DNA from: a virus
Length of the DNA stretch: 45,389 nt
IMG/VR virus record: IMGVR_UViG_3300042923_001252
Location: 1-45,389 of that record
Strand: one strand, 5' to 3'
A program made the translations under genes and the position numbers. The notes beneath the pieces were generated by a model that worked only from the letters and a program-made list of their open reading frames with translations, searched no databases and was not told where the DNA came from. The first letter of the stretch is position 1, and the number at the start of each line of letters is the position of its first letter. Positions 1-8,041 of this stretch are shown piece by piece.

Positions 1-30
1 CGCTCGTGCACCCGCTAGGGAGGCATGTTC
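1..30. repeat. 30-bp direct terminal repeat (second copy 45360..45389); circular closure point of the assembly
   Basis: cgctcgtgcacccgctagggaggcatgttc occurs identically as the first and last 30 bases. Gene order is continuous across the junction (late regulator genes then terS). Confidence 0.9.
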
Positions 31-306
31 TGAAAGTACCTTTTTTCTTTCTGGTGACTTTCATCGAAATCAAGCACCAATACCTTGATAAACCTCTGCT
101 TTCATGCCATTTTATGTACTTCATGCCCTCATATCGGGCAATTCATAGAGTCATTTAAGTGTGAAATCATTCTCTCAAATAACCCCTTCACTAATAGCTG
201 CAGATCGTATGACGAACACACCATATTACTAATTCTGTTGCGTTCGCCAAGCAGCTATAACACCAGTCATATCAAGGGATAAAAAATATTTAAGAACCAA
301 CACACG

Positions 307-891
307 CTATTCTTTTTTATGTTGTGTTGTGGGTAGTTTTGAATCGTCAATCATTTTAACTTTTTCCATCGCATGATCTAATTTATCCTGAGTAATTCCG
401 ATGTATCTGAGGGTTACATCTTCTCTTGAATGATTGAATAATGTCTGCAATGTTGCAATGTCTTTTGTGTTTTTATAAAAATGATAACCAAAAGTCTTCC
501 GAAGAGTATGGGTACCGATGTGTCTTATTCCAACTTCTTTAGCTGCGTCATTTAGAATACGGTACGCCCATGATCGATCTATCGGTTGGTTTCTACCATT
601 CCGACTCTTAAATAAATAATCGCCGTCATTAAGCGTTCTCGCGTACGGAACAAGATATTTTTTTATATACGGTGGGATCTTAAATTGTTTTGCTTTCTTC
701 GTCTTTATTTCATGGATGGAAATATATTGTTCAAACGCAATCTCCTTTTTCAGTTTGAGTAAATCAGATATTCTAAGTCCCGTAGAAACACCAAGAAGGA
801 ATAGTATAAAGTCTCGCTCACTATTCCTTCTAAGTACTACGTACATTTTGTTGATTTTCTCCCAATCACGAATTGGTTGAACAAAATTCAT
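307..891 (-). CDS. Small tyrosine recombinase (phage integrase family, catalytic domain only)
   Basis: 194 aa with TGLRISDLL (Arg box), HTLRKTF (HxxR) and NHSREDVTLRYI (His and Tyr nucleophile) in canonical order. AAAGGAGA RBS lies 9 nt before ATG 891. Overlaps the upstream sigma-like gene by 26 nt. Confidence 0.85.
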   Translation of the reverse strand: MNFVQPIRDWEKINKMYVVLRRNSERDFILFLLGVSTGLRISDLLKLKKEIAFEQYISIHEIKTKKAKQFKIPPYIKKYLVPYARTLNDGDYLFKSRNGRNQPIDRSWAYRILNDAAKEVGIRHIGTHTLRKTFGYHFYKNTKDIATLQTLFNHSREDVTLRYIGITQDKLDHAMEKVKMIDDSKLPTTQHKKE

Positions 892-1354
892 ACGAATGAT
901 TCTCCTTTGCTAAGTATTTGGACAACTTTTTTCTTGCACGATTTATCGTTGTTCCTACTGTTCCTTTGTTAACGTTGAGAAGGTCGGCGATCTCTTCAAA
1001 AGAAAGCAGTTCTGCATAATGCATGATAAAAACGTCTTCTTCCCGTTCGGTTAATTGCATCAATGCACATATAATTCTATTTTTGTCCTGGTCGCTTACT
1101 GAAGGATTGATTACGTCTAATCCATTTTCAAGAGTATCCAACCATTCCGGGTCATTAAGATAAACAGCCACACGATCAACACCACGCTTCCGATCCGGGT
1201 CACCACCATGGCGCATCCAATCGATCGCATAATGCATGTCATTGATCATGCTATTTATGATTGTTTTGTCAGTTTCTAATGTCGCTTTGTTATGCGCTTG
1301 TTTCATCACGTGAATGGACTGCTTGTACTCGTAGATTAACTTTTTTATACTCAA
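866..1354 (-). CDS. Sigma-70-like late transcription regulator (region-4 HTH; ArpU/RinA-type position just upstream of terS on the circular map)
   Basis: C-terminal LTEREEDVFIMHYAELLSFEEIADLLNVNKGTVGTTINRARKKL matches the sigma region 4 / LuxR-like HTH pattern. TTG start is preceded by GGAGAAGGTGA. Confidence 0.75.
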   Translation of the reverse strand: MSIKKLIYEYKQSIHVMKQAHNKATLETDKTIINSMINDMHYAIDWMRHGGDPDRKRGVDRVAVYLNDPEWLDTLENGLDVINPSVSDQDKNRIICALMQLTEREEDVFIMHYAELLSFEEIADLLNVNKGTVGTTINRARKKLSKYLAKENHSYEFCSTNS

Positions 1355-1358
1355 ATAA

Positions 1359-1484
1359 TCACCTTCTCCTATACGCGCCTTTATGTCTCACAAGCTTTTG
1401 TCTGAATTCACCCATCAGATAACGTAATTCGTTTGTCGGGATTTTCTTGTCTTTGAGTCTTTTAGGCTTATTTTTCTTATCCAT
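1359..1484 (-). CDS. Tiny Lys/Arg-rich protein (41 aa), unknown function
   Basis: ATG 1484 is preceded by AGAGGAGGT with 5-nt spacing. The longer 66-aa version in the ORF track would run through the terminator hairpin. Confidence 0.45.
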   Translation of the reverse strand: MDKKNKPKRLKDKKIPTNELRYLMGEFRQKLVRHKGAYRRR

Positions 1485-1500
1485 GGTTACCTCCTCTAAA

Positions 1501-1552
1501 ATAAAAAAGAGAGCACCAACCAAACGCAAACATGCGTTTAATCGGTGCCCTC
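1501..1552 (-). terminator. Rho-independent terminator between early ORFs and the late-regulator cassette
   Basis: On the minus strand, GAGGGCACCGATTAAACGCA..TGCGTTTGGTTGGTGCTCTC forms a long stem (G-U pairs allowed) followed by TTTTTTAT. Confidence 0.7.
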
Positions 1553-1585
1553 CGTTCACCCCGGCCGGGCTATTATTTTAATTGA

Positions 1586-1789
1586 TTAATCTGCAACAAT
1601 CCTATAAGCAGGATGTCCCGGTTTATAATTATTAAATCCTATCTCCATATTACCATATTTTGGGGCAGGATATTTCTTTACTTCTCCATTGCAAACAATA
1701 TAGATAGCGTTTACTTTTGTACTTATTTTCACGGTCATATCATGTAAATCAACAGGGACCAACTCTTTATTAATCTCAATGTTTTGCAA
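1586..1789 (-). CDS. Hypothetical protein
   Basis: ORF with a TTG start 5 nt after GGGAGGGA. No recognisable motif. Confidence 0.5.
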   Translation of the reverse strand: MQNIEINKELVPVDLHDMTVKISTKVNAIYIVCNGEVKKYPAPKYGNMEIGFNNYKPGHPAYRIVAD

Positions 1790-1892
1790 CTTTTTCCCTC
1801 CCACTGTTGGTCTGCTATATGTCGGGAGAGTCCCTGACTTATTAAAAAATATATATTACATTGCACTCCCCAAAAGTGGAGAATGCTAATTT

Positions 1893-2078
1893 TTAATTAA
1901 GGCCATGACGGTCAGGTATTCTATAGCGATCTTTTAATACATTGATCCGTTCTTCAGTTCTGTTCAGCAGATGCGTTTCCTTCAACAAATCACTTTCTGA
2001 TGCATTCGGTCGCCCGATATAATACATCAATGCATGCTTGATAATCTGTAGCTCTGTGTATTCGCTCATAGATGCCAT
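1893..2078 (-). CDS. Hypothetical protein
   Basis: ATG 2078 is preceded by AGAGAGGTGA. No motif. Confidence 0.5.
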   Translation of the reverse strand: MASMSEYTELQIIKHALMYYIGRPNASESDLLKETHLLNRTEERINVLKDRYRIPDRHGLN

Positions 2079-2114
2079 ATTTCTCACCTCTCTGCTTTAG
2101 TATCGGACCGTAAG

Positions 2115-2555
2115 TTAATCTTGATATGCTTTAATAAACTCAGCAAGACTCATATGATTATCAATGGCTAGGCTTGTCGCCACTGCCACTGTATTAGTAT
2201 CATTGCTTAAATTCATGATCGTCGATAGCCATTCTTGATATGAGTCAAAGTCATGCCATGATTCGGTATCATTGTCTTTTGGATCCGGATCATACAGACC
2301 TGTATATCCAAGCATCTTTTTTCCGTTTACCTTGTATTCAATAAGTCGATTACCCGTAGCCTGTGACTCAGCAATTCTCCACCAACCGTAATCCTGTTCC
2401 CAATCAGAAACTGAATCTAGCTTGTTCACTTCTTTTTCTTCCAATTCCCAAACTTGAAAATGATGTTTCGACGTTTCAACAAGTTTTTTCGCATCAACTT
2501 TAAGATCAATAATTGCTTTATCAAGGTTTTGACCCATGATTTGTATCAATGGCAT
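2115..2555 (-). CDS. Hypothetical protein (Trp/acidic-rich)
   Basis: ATG 2555 lies about 10 nt after AAGGAG. The ORF track extends to 2636, but that version overlaps the upstream gene. Confidence 0.55.
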   Translation of the reverse strand: MPLIQIMGQNLDKAIIDLKVDAKKLVETSKHHFQVWELEEKEVNKLDSVSDWEQDYGWWRIAESQATGNRLIEYKVNGKKMLGYTGLYDPDPKDNDTESWHDFDSYQEWLSTIMNLSNDTNTVAVATSLAIDNHMSLAEFIKAYQD

Positions 2556-2593
2556 ATCATGTTCACTCCTTCGTAATAGTGTCGTAATGCGAA

Positions 2594-2860
2594 TTAACTC
2601 ATTGTCGAAAATACAATGAACGGCTTTCCTTTCCAATTTTCAGTTACTATTTTTCCAACAGTTTCTCTTCCCGTTTTATTCTCATCCGTCCAAACGGAAT
2701 AGTCAGGATCAATAAGTTCAACATCTTCATCAGTATACAGTTCGTCGTCATCTTGGCCTGTTAGATTCTTGTACCACACTCGTGCTTCTTCCACTGAATG
2801 TGCGGCAACTGCATCACACTCACATATTTGAAAAACATGTACACCGTCTAAACTATTCAT
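2594..2860 (-). CDS. Hypothetical acidic protein
   Basis: ATG 2860 follows AAGGAGAGGGTG. No motif. Confidence 0.5.
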   Translation of the reverse strand: MNSLDGVHVFQICECDAVAAHSVEEARVWYKNLTGQDDDELYTDEDVELIDPDYSVWTDENKTGRETVGKIVTENWKGKPFIVFSTMS

Positions 2861-2886
2861 GTGCACCCTCTCCTTCGCATTTGCTG

Positions 2887-3087
2887 TCAACCCTTGATAT
2901 TAAATTTTCCTTCAGGTATATAAAATGGCTTGTCATTTTGTGATCTATAATCGACGCTGTTAAGTCTGTTGTCATACACATATGCCTTGCTATTTAAAGG
3001 TTTTGCTTTGCCACCATCAAGCTGATAACCTATTAATACTGATTTGTTTTTCTTTCTCAAGTACCATATTGCTAACTGTTCAAACAT
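2887..3087 (-). CDS. Hypothetical protein
   Basis: 66-aa ORF with AAGGAGGAAAT upstream of the ATG. Confidence 0.5.
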   Translation of the reverse strand: MFEQLAIWYLRKKNKSVLIGYQLDGGKAKPLNSKAYVYDNRLNSVDYRSQNDKPFYIPEGKFNIKG

Positions 3088-3130
3088 AAAATTTCCTCCT
3101 TCGTTTTAGCCGTCTACTCTGCCTTACTGA

Positions 3131-3580
3131 TTAATAGATGTTTCTGGTTGTGTCCATGTTTTCACCATAGAAACTTCCTAGATCACCTTGATCATCATCA
3201 GCACTGTATATGTCTGATGATCCTGGTACATAAGTTTGTGGATTTAAGGTCGTTAAGTAATTGCACATTGACTCAAATTGTTTTTGATCAGTTATAAAAC
3301 GCTTATGATAGTCATCCCCTTCTCTACCTGCATTTTGTATCAACATAACGGGTTTTCCTTCGAACCACACGGAAGCAATCGCCCAAAATCTCCGAGGATC
3401 GAACCAAAAATAGCGATAAAATTTTATAACTATTTTTTTATTCTTTTTGCCCATGTCGTACAATGGAGCCCAACCATTGAAATACTGATCTATCAATTCC
3501 TCCACATGATTTTGTAAGATCTCCAAGTCATTTATTTCTTCTTTTATTGGTTCCATGTTATAGAAGTCACTTATTTTCAT
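3131..3580 (-). CDS. Hypothetical protein
   Basis: 149-aa ORF in the early operon. No motif recognised. Confidence 0.55.
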   Translation of the reverse strand: MKISDFYNMEPIKEEINDLEILQNHVEELIDQYFNGWAPLYDMGKKNKKIVIKFYRYFWFDPRRFWAIASVWFEGKPVMLIQNAGREGDDYHKRFITDQKQFESMCNYLTTLNPQTYVPGSSDIYSADDDQGDLGSFYGENMDTTRNIY

Positions 3581-3730
3581 TCAGGCATTAACCTCACTAG
3601 GATCACAAAGAACATTTTCCCGATAGTTTAATAAAATCAGTTCATCTGTCATATGATCCCAATAATCACGTGTACATCCCTGACAAACCATTAACCATTC
3701 GATCATCATATCTCTGTCACTTTTTTGCAT
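3581..3730 (-). CDS. Small Cys-containing hypothetical protein
   Basis: ATG 3730 lies 7 nt after GGAGG. The stop abuts the start of the next gene. Confidence 0.45.
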   Translation of the reverse strand: MQKSDRDMMIEWLMVCQGCTRDYWDHMTDELILLNYRENVLCDPSEVNA

Positions 3731-4313
3731 TTGCATTCCTCCATTCAATCCCTTGTGCCACACTCACCATTTTTGGTGAGTGCCATTGATCAATGAAAAC
3801 TAATGCTGATTCAAGATCACTTGATCGAATATCTCGATATGAAGAAATATTAAATTTTGCTTTTAATTGAGCATATATTTGAGAGTAATATTTCCGGCGC
3901 GCAGTATCATTAATACTCGGGAACAGTCGCATAATTCTTTCTCTTACAGCCCTTTTTATCTTTATTTGCTGCTTAAAAACGAGCGTTACTTGAGGTACTT
4001 TTTGGCTCTCCAAAATCGTGCGCATCCTCTGAAATTCATTGATGTAGCGCTCCTTAAATTGCATTGCTTTTCCACCTGTATATCCCATAGCAAGGATATA
4101 AAAGCCATTCTCTGTGATAATGTACATTGGCATGGATCGATCTTGTTTATTTTTATATGTTGACTCTCCAAAATTGAGCGTTTTGAATTCCTGTGAGCAT
4201 GCGAGACTTTTAATATCTCTCAAGACCTTGTCATGTCTTTTTTGGAAAACATCAGCGATCGTTAGAGAATCAGTTACAATCGCCGTGTCTCTCTCGTATA
4301 CTAAAGAGTTCAA
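3717..4313 (-). CDS. Rha-family phage regulatory protein / antirepressor-like
   Basis: N-terminal LTIADVFQKRHDKVLRDIKSL..FGESTYKNKQDRSMPMYIITENGFYILAMGYTGGKAMQFKERYINEF fits the Rha domain pattern. TTG start follows AGGGG. Confidence 0.8.
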   Translation of the reverse strand: MNSLVYERDTAIVTDSLTIADVFQKRHDKVLRDIKSLACSQEFKTLNFGESTYKNKQDRSMPMYIITENGFYILAMGYTGGKAMQFKERYINEFQRMRTILESQKVPQVTLVFKQQIKIKRAVRERIMRLFPSINDTARRKYYSQIYAQLKAKFNISSYRDIRSSDLESALVFIDQWHSPKMVSVAQGIEWRNANAKK

Positions 4314-4397
4314 TTGTCATACCCCTAACTGATAAGAATTGAAATTAATTATTTGGAAATAGATCACTAGATCATAGCTGTTATCTTGTCATATTAA

Positions 4398-5252
4398 TTA
4401 AAGTCTAATTGCGACTTCATAAATGACATTGACAGTTACACTGTTACCAGCTTGTTTATAAAGTTGGCTATTAGAATTAACTTGTACTGCTCTATCAAAT
4501 GCCCAATCAGGAAACCCTTGCAATCTCCAGCACTCTATCGGTGTTAATCTTCTGATCAAATAATTTGAATCAACATATTTAGTTGGATGGTTTGTTGTTA
4601 ATGCATCTGCTATTCCATTTCCTTTCACAAATACATTTTCTTGAATCGTCGATCGCTTTTTGTCGTGTCCATACGCGAATATTTTATCCTCCCTTTCGAC
4701 CCATCCTTTTATCCGACGTTGATTATTAATCATTACCCCGTGTCTATCTTGACCAGTAAGAGTAAACATCGGATCGCCATTTTCTTTAAATCTACGTCCG
4801 TTTTGGCGTTTTTCAGTTCGATCAGGAGTCAATACTGGAATTGCTATCTTTTCATTTAAAATACAGACAAGATCATGGCTATGCTTTTTATCAAATGAAC
4901 TTCTTCCACTTGAACGAACAGTTTTAGCAATTGTTCCTTCAGTCGGTATACCGATATTATCTATAAGGATCTTTATAGGGTCTTTTTGAGTTGTTGTGCT
5001 GCACATTGTAGGTGCGATTCCTTTAACATCAAAAATATCTCCCGATTGAGATTTCCCCATAGATCTTATGTTTCCGACTTTTTCAATCCGTTTTCCATTA
5101 ATCGCTTTGTCATTTTCTCCGAAAGGAAATACTTTTCGGGTACGTTCTCCTCTAAGATGTCCGATAATGAACACCCTTTCCCTATTCTGTGGTACTTCGA
5201 AGTCTTTAGAGTTAAGACAATCCCATTCTGCATCGTACCCGACTTCATCCAT
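4398..5252 (-). CDS. DNA (cytosine-5)-methyltransferase, C-terminal fragment (motif VIII to X plus target-recognition domain)
   Basis: Contains QNRERVFIIG (motif VIII), a long variable TRD, RRLTPIECWRLQGFPDW (IX) and GNSVTVNV (X). The frame stays open upstream of the ATG back to the C7 tract and encodes GGDTFETILRA. Confidence 0.85.
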   Translation of the reverse strand: MDEVGYDAEWDCLNSKDFEVPQNRERVFIIGHLRGERTRKVFPFGENDKAINGKRIEKVGNIRSMGKSQSGDIFDVKGIAPTMCSTTTQKDPIKILIDNIGIPTEGTIAKTVRSSGRSSFDKKHSHDLVCILNEKIAIPVLTPDRTEKRQNGRRFKENGDPMFTLTGQDRHGVMINNQRRIKGWVEREDKIFAYGHDKKRSTIQENVFVKGNGIADALTTNHPTKYVDSNYLIRRLTPIECWRLQGFPDWAFDRAVQVNSNSQLYKQAGNSVTVNVIYEVAIRL

Positions 5253-5653
5253 CGCTCTGAGGATTGTCTCAAACGTATCCCCCCCTCGTGATTGAGAAGT
5301 CCGGGGACGTTCTCACAGAATAGATAGCGTGGTCTGAGAATAGATGCGAAGCGCATAATCTCAAAGAAGAGAGTTCCCCGAGTATCTGCGAAACCTTTCC
5401 GCTTGCCAGCAACTGAGAAAGCCTGACACGGAAATCCTCCACAGATAACGTCCACACTTCCGATTCGTCGAATAGACTCATCTGATACGTTTCTAATGTC
5501 ATGTGCTGTCCACTCTCCTTTGGTGTCAAAAATAGCTTCATAGCTTTTTCGTGCAAATTTATCTATTTCACAGTAGCCAACACACTCATGCCCGGCTTTT
5601 TCCATTCCTAACCGGAATCCTCCAATTCCGCTGAACAGGTCAATGAATTTCAT
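5066..5653 (-). CDS. DNA (cytosine-5)-methyltransferase, N-terminal fragment (motifs I-VI), out of frame after the C7/G7 tract at 5279..5285
   Basis: Contains FSGIGG (I), GGFPCQAFS (IV) and ENVPGL (VI). After HEGG the reading frame becomes non-homologous and ends at 5066. ATG 5653 follows AAGGTGA. Confidence 0.85.
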   Translation of the reverse strand: MKFIDLFSGIGGFRLGMEKAGHECVGYCEIDKFARKSYEAIFDTKGEWTAHDIRNVSDESIRRIGSVDVICGGFPCQAFSVAGKRKGFADTRGTLFFEIMRFASILRPRYLFCENVPGLLNHEGGIRLRQSSERWMKSGTMQNGIVLTLKTSKYHRIGKGCSLSDILEENVPEKYFLSEKMTKRLMENGLKKSET

Positions 5654-5664
5654 ACCGTTCACCT

Positions 5665-6063
5665 TCACCCCTGTTTGACTTCTTCAATAATTTCAATATC
5701 CGACGCTTGTAATGATAGTGATCCCGGTGGCTCATATTCTTCTGAATCCCAATCCTTTTCAAACTTCTCACGTTCGTTGACGTATGTTCCACAAAAAGGA
5801 TCTTGTTCTAGGAGATAAATAAATTCCCTAAATTTGTCGTCATCTGACTTATTCCAAATGATCAGCGTGTACGTGTCTTTACCATAAAAACTGTTAGAGA
5901 CAACAACTTCTAGACCGTCGATTAAGTTGTAGGCTTTAATTATCCCTTGAACGACTTCTTCACTTGGTAGAGGTTCACCGTAGCTTCTTAAAATCTGTTC
6001 CGGTGTTTTTCCTGCTGTATGCAGCTTCGCTCTGAATATATCAATTTGTAGTTTTTCAGACAT
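5665..6063 (-). CDS. Hypothetical acidic protein
   Basis: ATG 6063 follows GAGGGGTGA. No motif. Confidence 0.55.
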   Translation of the reverse strand: MSEKLQIDIFRAKLHTAGKTPEQILRSYGEPLPSEEVVQGIIKAYNLIDGLEVVVSNSFYGKDTYTLIIWNKSDDDKFREFIYLLEQDPFCGTYVNEREKFEKDWDSEEYEPPGSLSLQASDIEIIEEVKQG

Positions 6064-6075
6064 TGTAATCACCCC

Positions 6076-6213
6076 TCACCATTTCTTCTCCTTCACTGGC
6101 ACCCAACCATCACGAATCCGTGCGTTCAGATCATGCTTCTGTAATGGCTCAAATAAGTGAACTTTCTCACGTCCTTCAATCCGAAACAGCAATATCCACT
6201 TACGTCTGCTCAT
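6076..6213 (-). CDS. Small hypothetical protein (45 aa)
   Basis: Not in the ORF track (<60 aa). ATG 6213 follows GAGGGTGA and fills an otherwise empty 177-nt gap. Translation: MSRRKWILLFRIEGREKVHLFEPLQKHDLNARIRDGWVPVKEKKW. Confidence 0.4.
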   Translation of the reverse strand: MSRRKWILLFRIEGREKVHLFEPLQKHDLNARIRDGWVPVKEKKW

Positions 6214-6249
6214 GAGATCACCCTCTATGCTTGCAATCGCAGTTAATCA

Positions 6250-6585
6250 TCAATGCCATTCTCTTCTAAGTGCTATCGGAGCCTTTTGATCTCCGTAAAC
6301 CTTAACCAACTGTCCAGGCTTTCCATACTTCTTATGCAATTCTGAAAGTTCATCCTGAGAAAGAAAGTAGGTTTTTACAGGACCATTGGCCGGATTTTCA
6401 ATTATCGGTCTTGGCTTTCTTGGTGGCCGTTTTTCGCCCTTCTTTATGCTAACGGCTTCCTCTGGTGTCCACTTTTGATAGTGGATACGATGTTGCACGT
6501 TTGCCTTAGTCAATCCGTTCTGCTCCATCTTTTCAAGCAACTCGCCATTTATGTCATGTTCACCAACCATGAAGGGTTTAAGCAT
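6250..6585 (-). CDS. Hypothetical protein (basic Pro/Lys/Arg-rich centre)
   Basis: ATG 6585 follows AGGGGTGA. Overlaps the dut stop by 8 nt. Confidence 0.55.
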   Translation of the reverse strand: MLKPFMVGEHDINGELLEKMEQNGLTKANVQHRIHYQKWTPEEAVSIKKGEKRPPRKPRPIIENPANGPVKTYFLSQDELSELHKKYGKPGQLVKVYGDQKAPIALRREWH

Positions 6586-7063
6586 CAGCAGTCACCCCTG
6601 TACTTCCGAAACCATTTTCTCCTCGCTCACTATCTCCAAGCTCGTCCACCTCTTGAAATTCTGCATGGATGACTGGAGCAATGACAGCCTGTGCAATACG
6701 TCCACCTTTGTTGACTCGGATCGACGCATTTGGATAATGCAAACCAGATATTTCTTTTCCTTTGCGATAATAAAATGGTTCTAGTTCAGCAATAACAGAC
6801 ACTTCGCCATGATATCCACTATCAATTGTCCCAAGTATTACTCGAATTGGAGTTTTTGCAGATAATCCAGACCGTGGTCTTATCTGCATTTCATATCCTT
6901 CTGGAATATCAAAAGCTAGACCAGTAGGTACTTTGACCGTTTGACCAGGCCATATATCCACATCTTCACTTGCTGCCAAATCAAATCCAGCATCTGTACT
7001 ATGTTTATATGTTGGTATCACCACATCAGCTGATAGTTTCTTAATCTTGATTGGTAGATTCAC
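6578..7063 (-). CDS. dut: dUTP diphosphatase (trimeric dUTPase)
   Basis: Motifs AGFDLAA, RPRSGL, GTIDSGYHGE and C-terminal ERGENGFGSTG. GTG start follows GGAGCGA. Confidence 0.9.
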   Translation of the reverse strand: MNLPIKIKKLSADVVIPTYKHSTDAGFDLAASEDVDIWPGQTVKVPTGLAFDIPEGYEMQIRPRSGLSAKTPIRVILGTIDSGYHGEVSVIAELEPFYYRKGKEISGLHYPNASIRVNKGGRIAQAVIAPVIHAEFQEVDELGDSERGENGFGSTGVTADA

Positions 7064-7301
7064 TGTTTATCGCTCCTTTGATAATTGCGCCGATCATGTT
7101 ATCCAATTCTTTTTGATTTCTTGCATAGCCATCTGCATAGACCACTTTGTTTTTAAAATCTTTCAGTCGTTCATTTTCTGCTCTCAACTGTTCAATCTCG
7201 GTCACGGTCCACACACCGTCCGAATGTCTCAAAATCACAGCAGGGCTTTTCTTTTGTTCTTCAAGTTTCTGTTTGATATAGGACAAGCGATCTACAGTCA
7301 T
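7041..7301 (-). CDS. Hypothetical coiled-coil protein
   Basis: ATG 7301 follows AGAAGGTGA. The longer 114-aa version has no RBS. Confidence 0.5.
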   Translation of the reverse strand: MTVDRLSYIKQKLEEQKKSPAVILRHSDGVWTVTEIEQLRAENERLKDFKNKVVYADGYARNQKELDNMIGAIIKGAINSESTNQD

Positions 7302-7474
7302 ATATTCACCTTCTGTAAGTATTCCGTTGCAAATCCTCCCGAGAATCCATCTAACAGCACAACTTCTGATCCGCATAGATTCCAAGGCTTACTAGATACT
7401 GTCCATATCTTTCCGTCATAATGTTCAGCCTCTAGGCACGTATGCATCACTACTTTGTCGCCTCTTTTAAGCAT
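7298..7474 (-). CDS. Hypothetical protein (58 aa)
   Basis: ATG 7474 overlaps the stop of the upstream gene. The 111-aa track version would overlap that gene almost entirely. Confidence 0.45.
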   Translation of the reverse strand: MLKRGDKVVMHTCLEAEHYDGKIWTVSSKPWNLCGSEVVLLDGFSGGFATEYLQKVNI

Positions 7475-7694
7475 TGTTCTCACCTTCAAACCATTCAGGA
7501 TTACTCCATACACCTTCATCATGATCAAATCGTTCCCTGTAATAGCCGTCTCCATCTTCATCGGGGACAGGGATCGTATAGCTGTCATATGGTCCGCCAT
7601 ACGTCGGAACCCAACCAAGATCAGGATGACCAATCATCATAAAAAACGGCAAACCAGTTATCGGACAAATAGTAGGATATTCATTTTTACTCAT
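7467..7694 (-). CDS. Hypothetical protein
   Basis: 75-aa ORF co-directional with the operon. No motif. Confidence 0.5.
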   Translation of the reverse strand: MSKNEYPTICPITGLPFFMMIGHPDLGWVPTYGGPYDSYTIPVPDEDGDGYYRERFDHDEGVWSNPEWFEGENNA

Positions 7695-7708
7695 CGCTCT
7701 TGCTCCCT

Positions 7709-7936
7709 TTACACCAATCCGAACACGACATAGCCCGGTTTCTGCTCAAAGTCTGTTACAAACCCAATCTTCTTCGTGATTTCAAAGCCTGTATATTTTC
7801 CCACTGTCCATTCCTGCAGAACCACAGTGTCACCTTCGTGATAGTGGCGATCATCATAGCGTATTTCAAATGTCTTTCTTCCCTCAGCAACTGACTTGAA
7901 ATATACCGGCAGAATTTTAATTTTGTGGACGGCCAT
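7709..7936 (-). CDS. ASCH / DUF3850-like small beta-barrel protein
   Basis: HKIKILPVYFKSVAEGRKTFEIRYDDRHYHEGDTVVLQEW matches the DUF3850/ASCH pattern (KxFExR..DR.F..GD). ATG 7936 follows AAAGGAGGC. Confidence 0.65.
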   Translation of the reverse strand: MAVHKIKILPVYFKSVAEGRKTFEIRYDDRHYHEGDTVVLQEWTVGKYTGFEITKKIGFVTDFEQKPGYVVFGLV

Positions 7937-8041
7937 CACGCCATGCCTCCTTTTTCCGATCTGCCTGTCCACCGACAAGCGCGCATGTTATTGCAACGAC
8001 ACCGAACGGCAGAAGCATCACTGACGTTGCCATTGCCGCGA

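Noticed and set aside
1-30. The 30-bp direct repeats at the two ends of the window considered as attL/attR of an integrated prophage, given the tyrosine recombinase next to the left end.
   Set aside because: The gene order is that of a circularised or packaged genome. The late regulator and small recombinase read straight into terS across the junction. The true lysogeny module (repressor...serine integrase) with its expected attP position is internal. No host genes flank the repeats. An assembly overlap or terminal repeat of a complete genome is the simpler reading.
111-127. TTATGTA-containing stretch near the closure point compared with the XerD arm of the Firmicute dif site, as a target for the small tyrosine recombinase.
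   Set aside because: Only about 7 nt resemble my recollection of dif, and no second arm at the right spacing is visible. This is too weak to report as a site.
85-282. 65-aa plus-strand ORF in the left non-coding region.
   Set aside because: It has a TTG start without an RBS and an odd Cys/Ser/Ile-rich composition. It lies in the cos / late-promoter spacer and is antiparallel to every neighbouring gene.
5269-5556. 95-aa minus-strand ORF in a third frame within the methyltransferase N-terminal region.
   Set aside because: It overlaps the frame carrying motifs I, IV and VI completely. It has no independent support.
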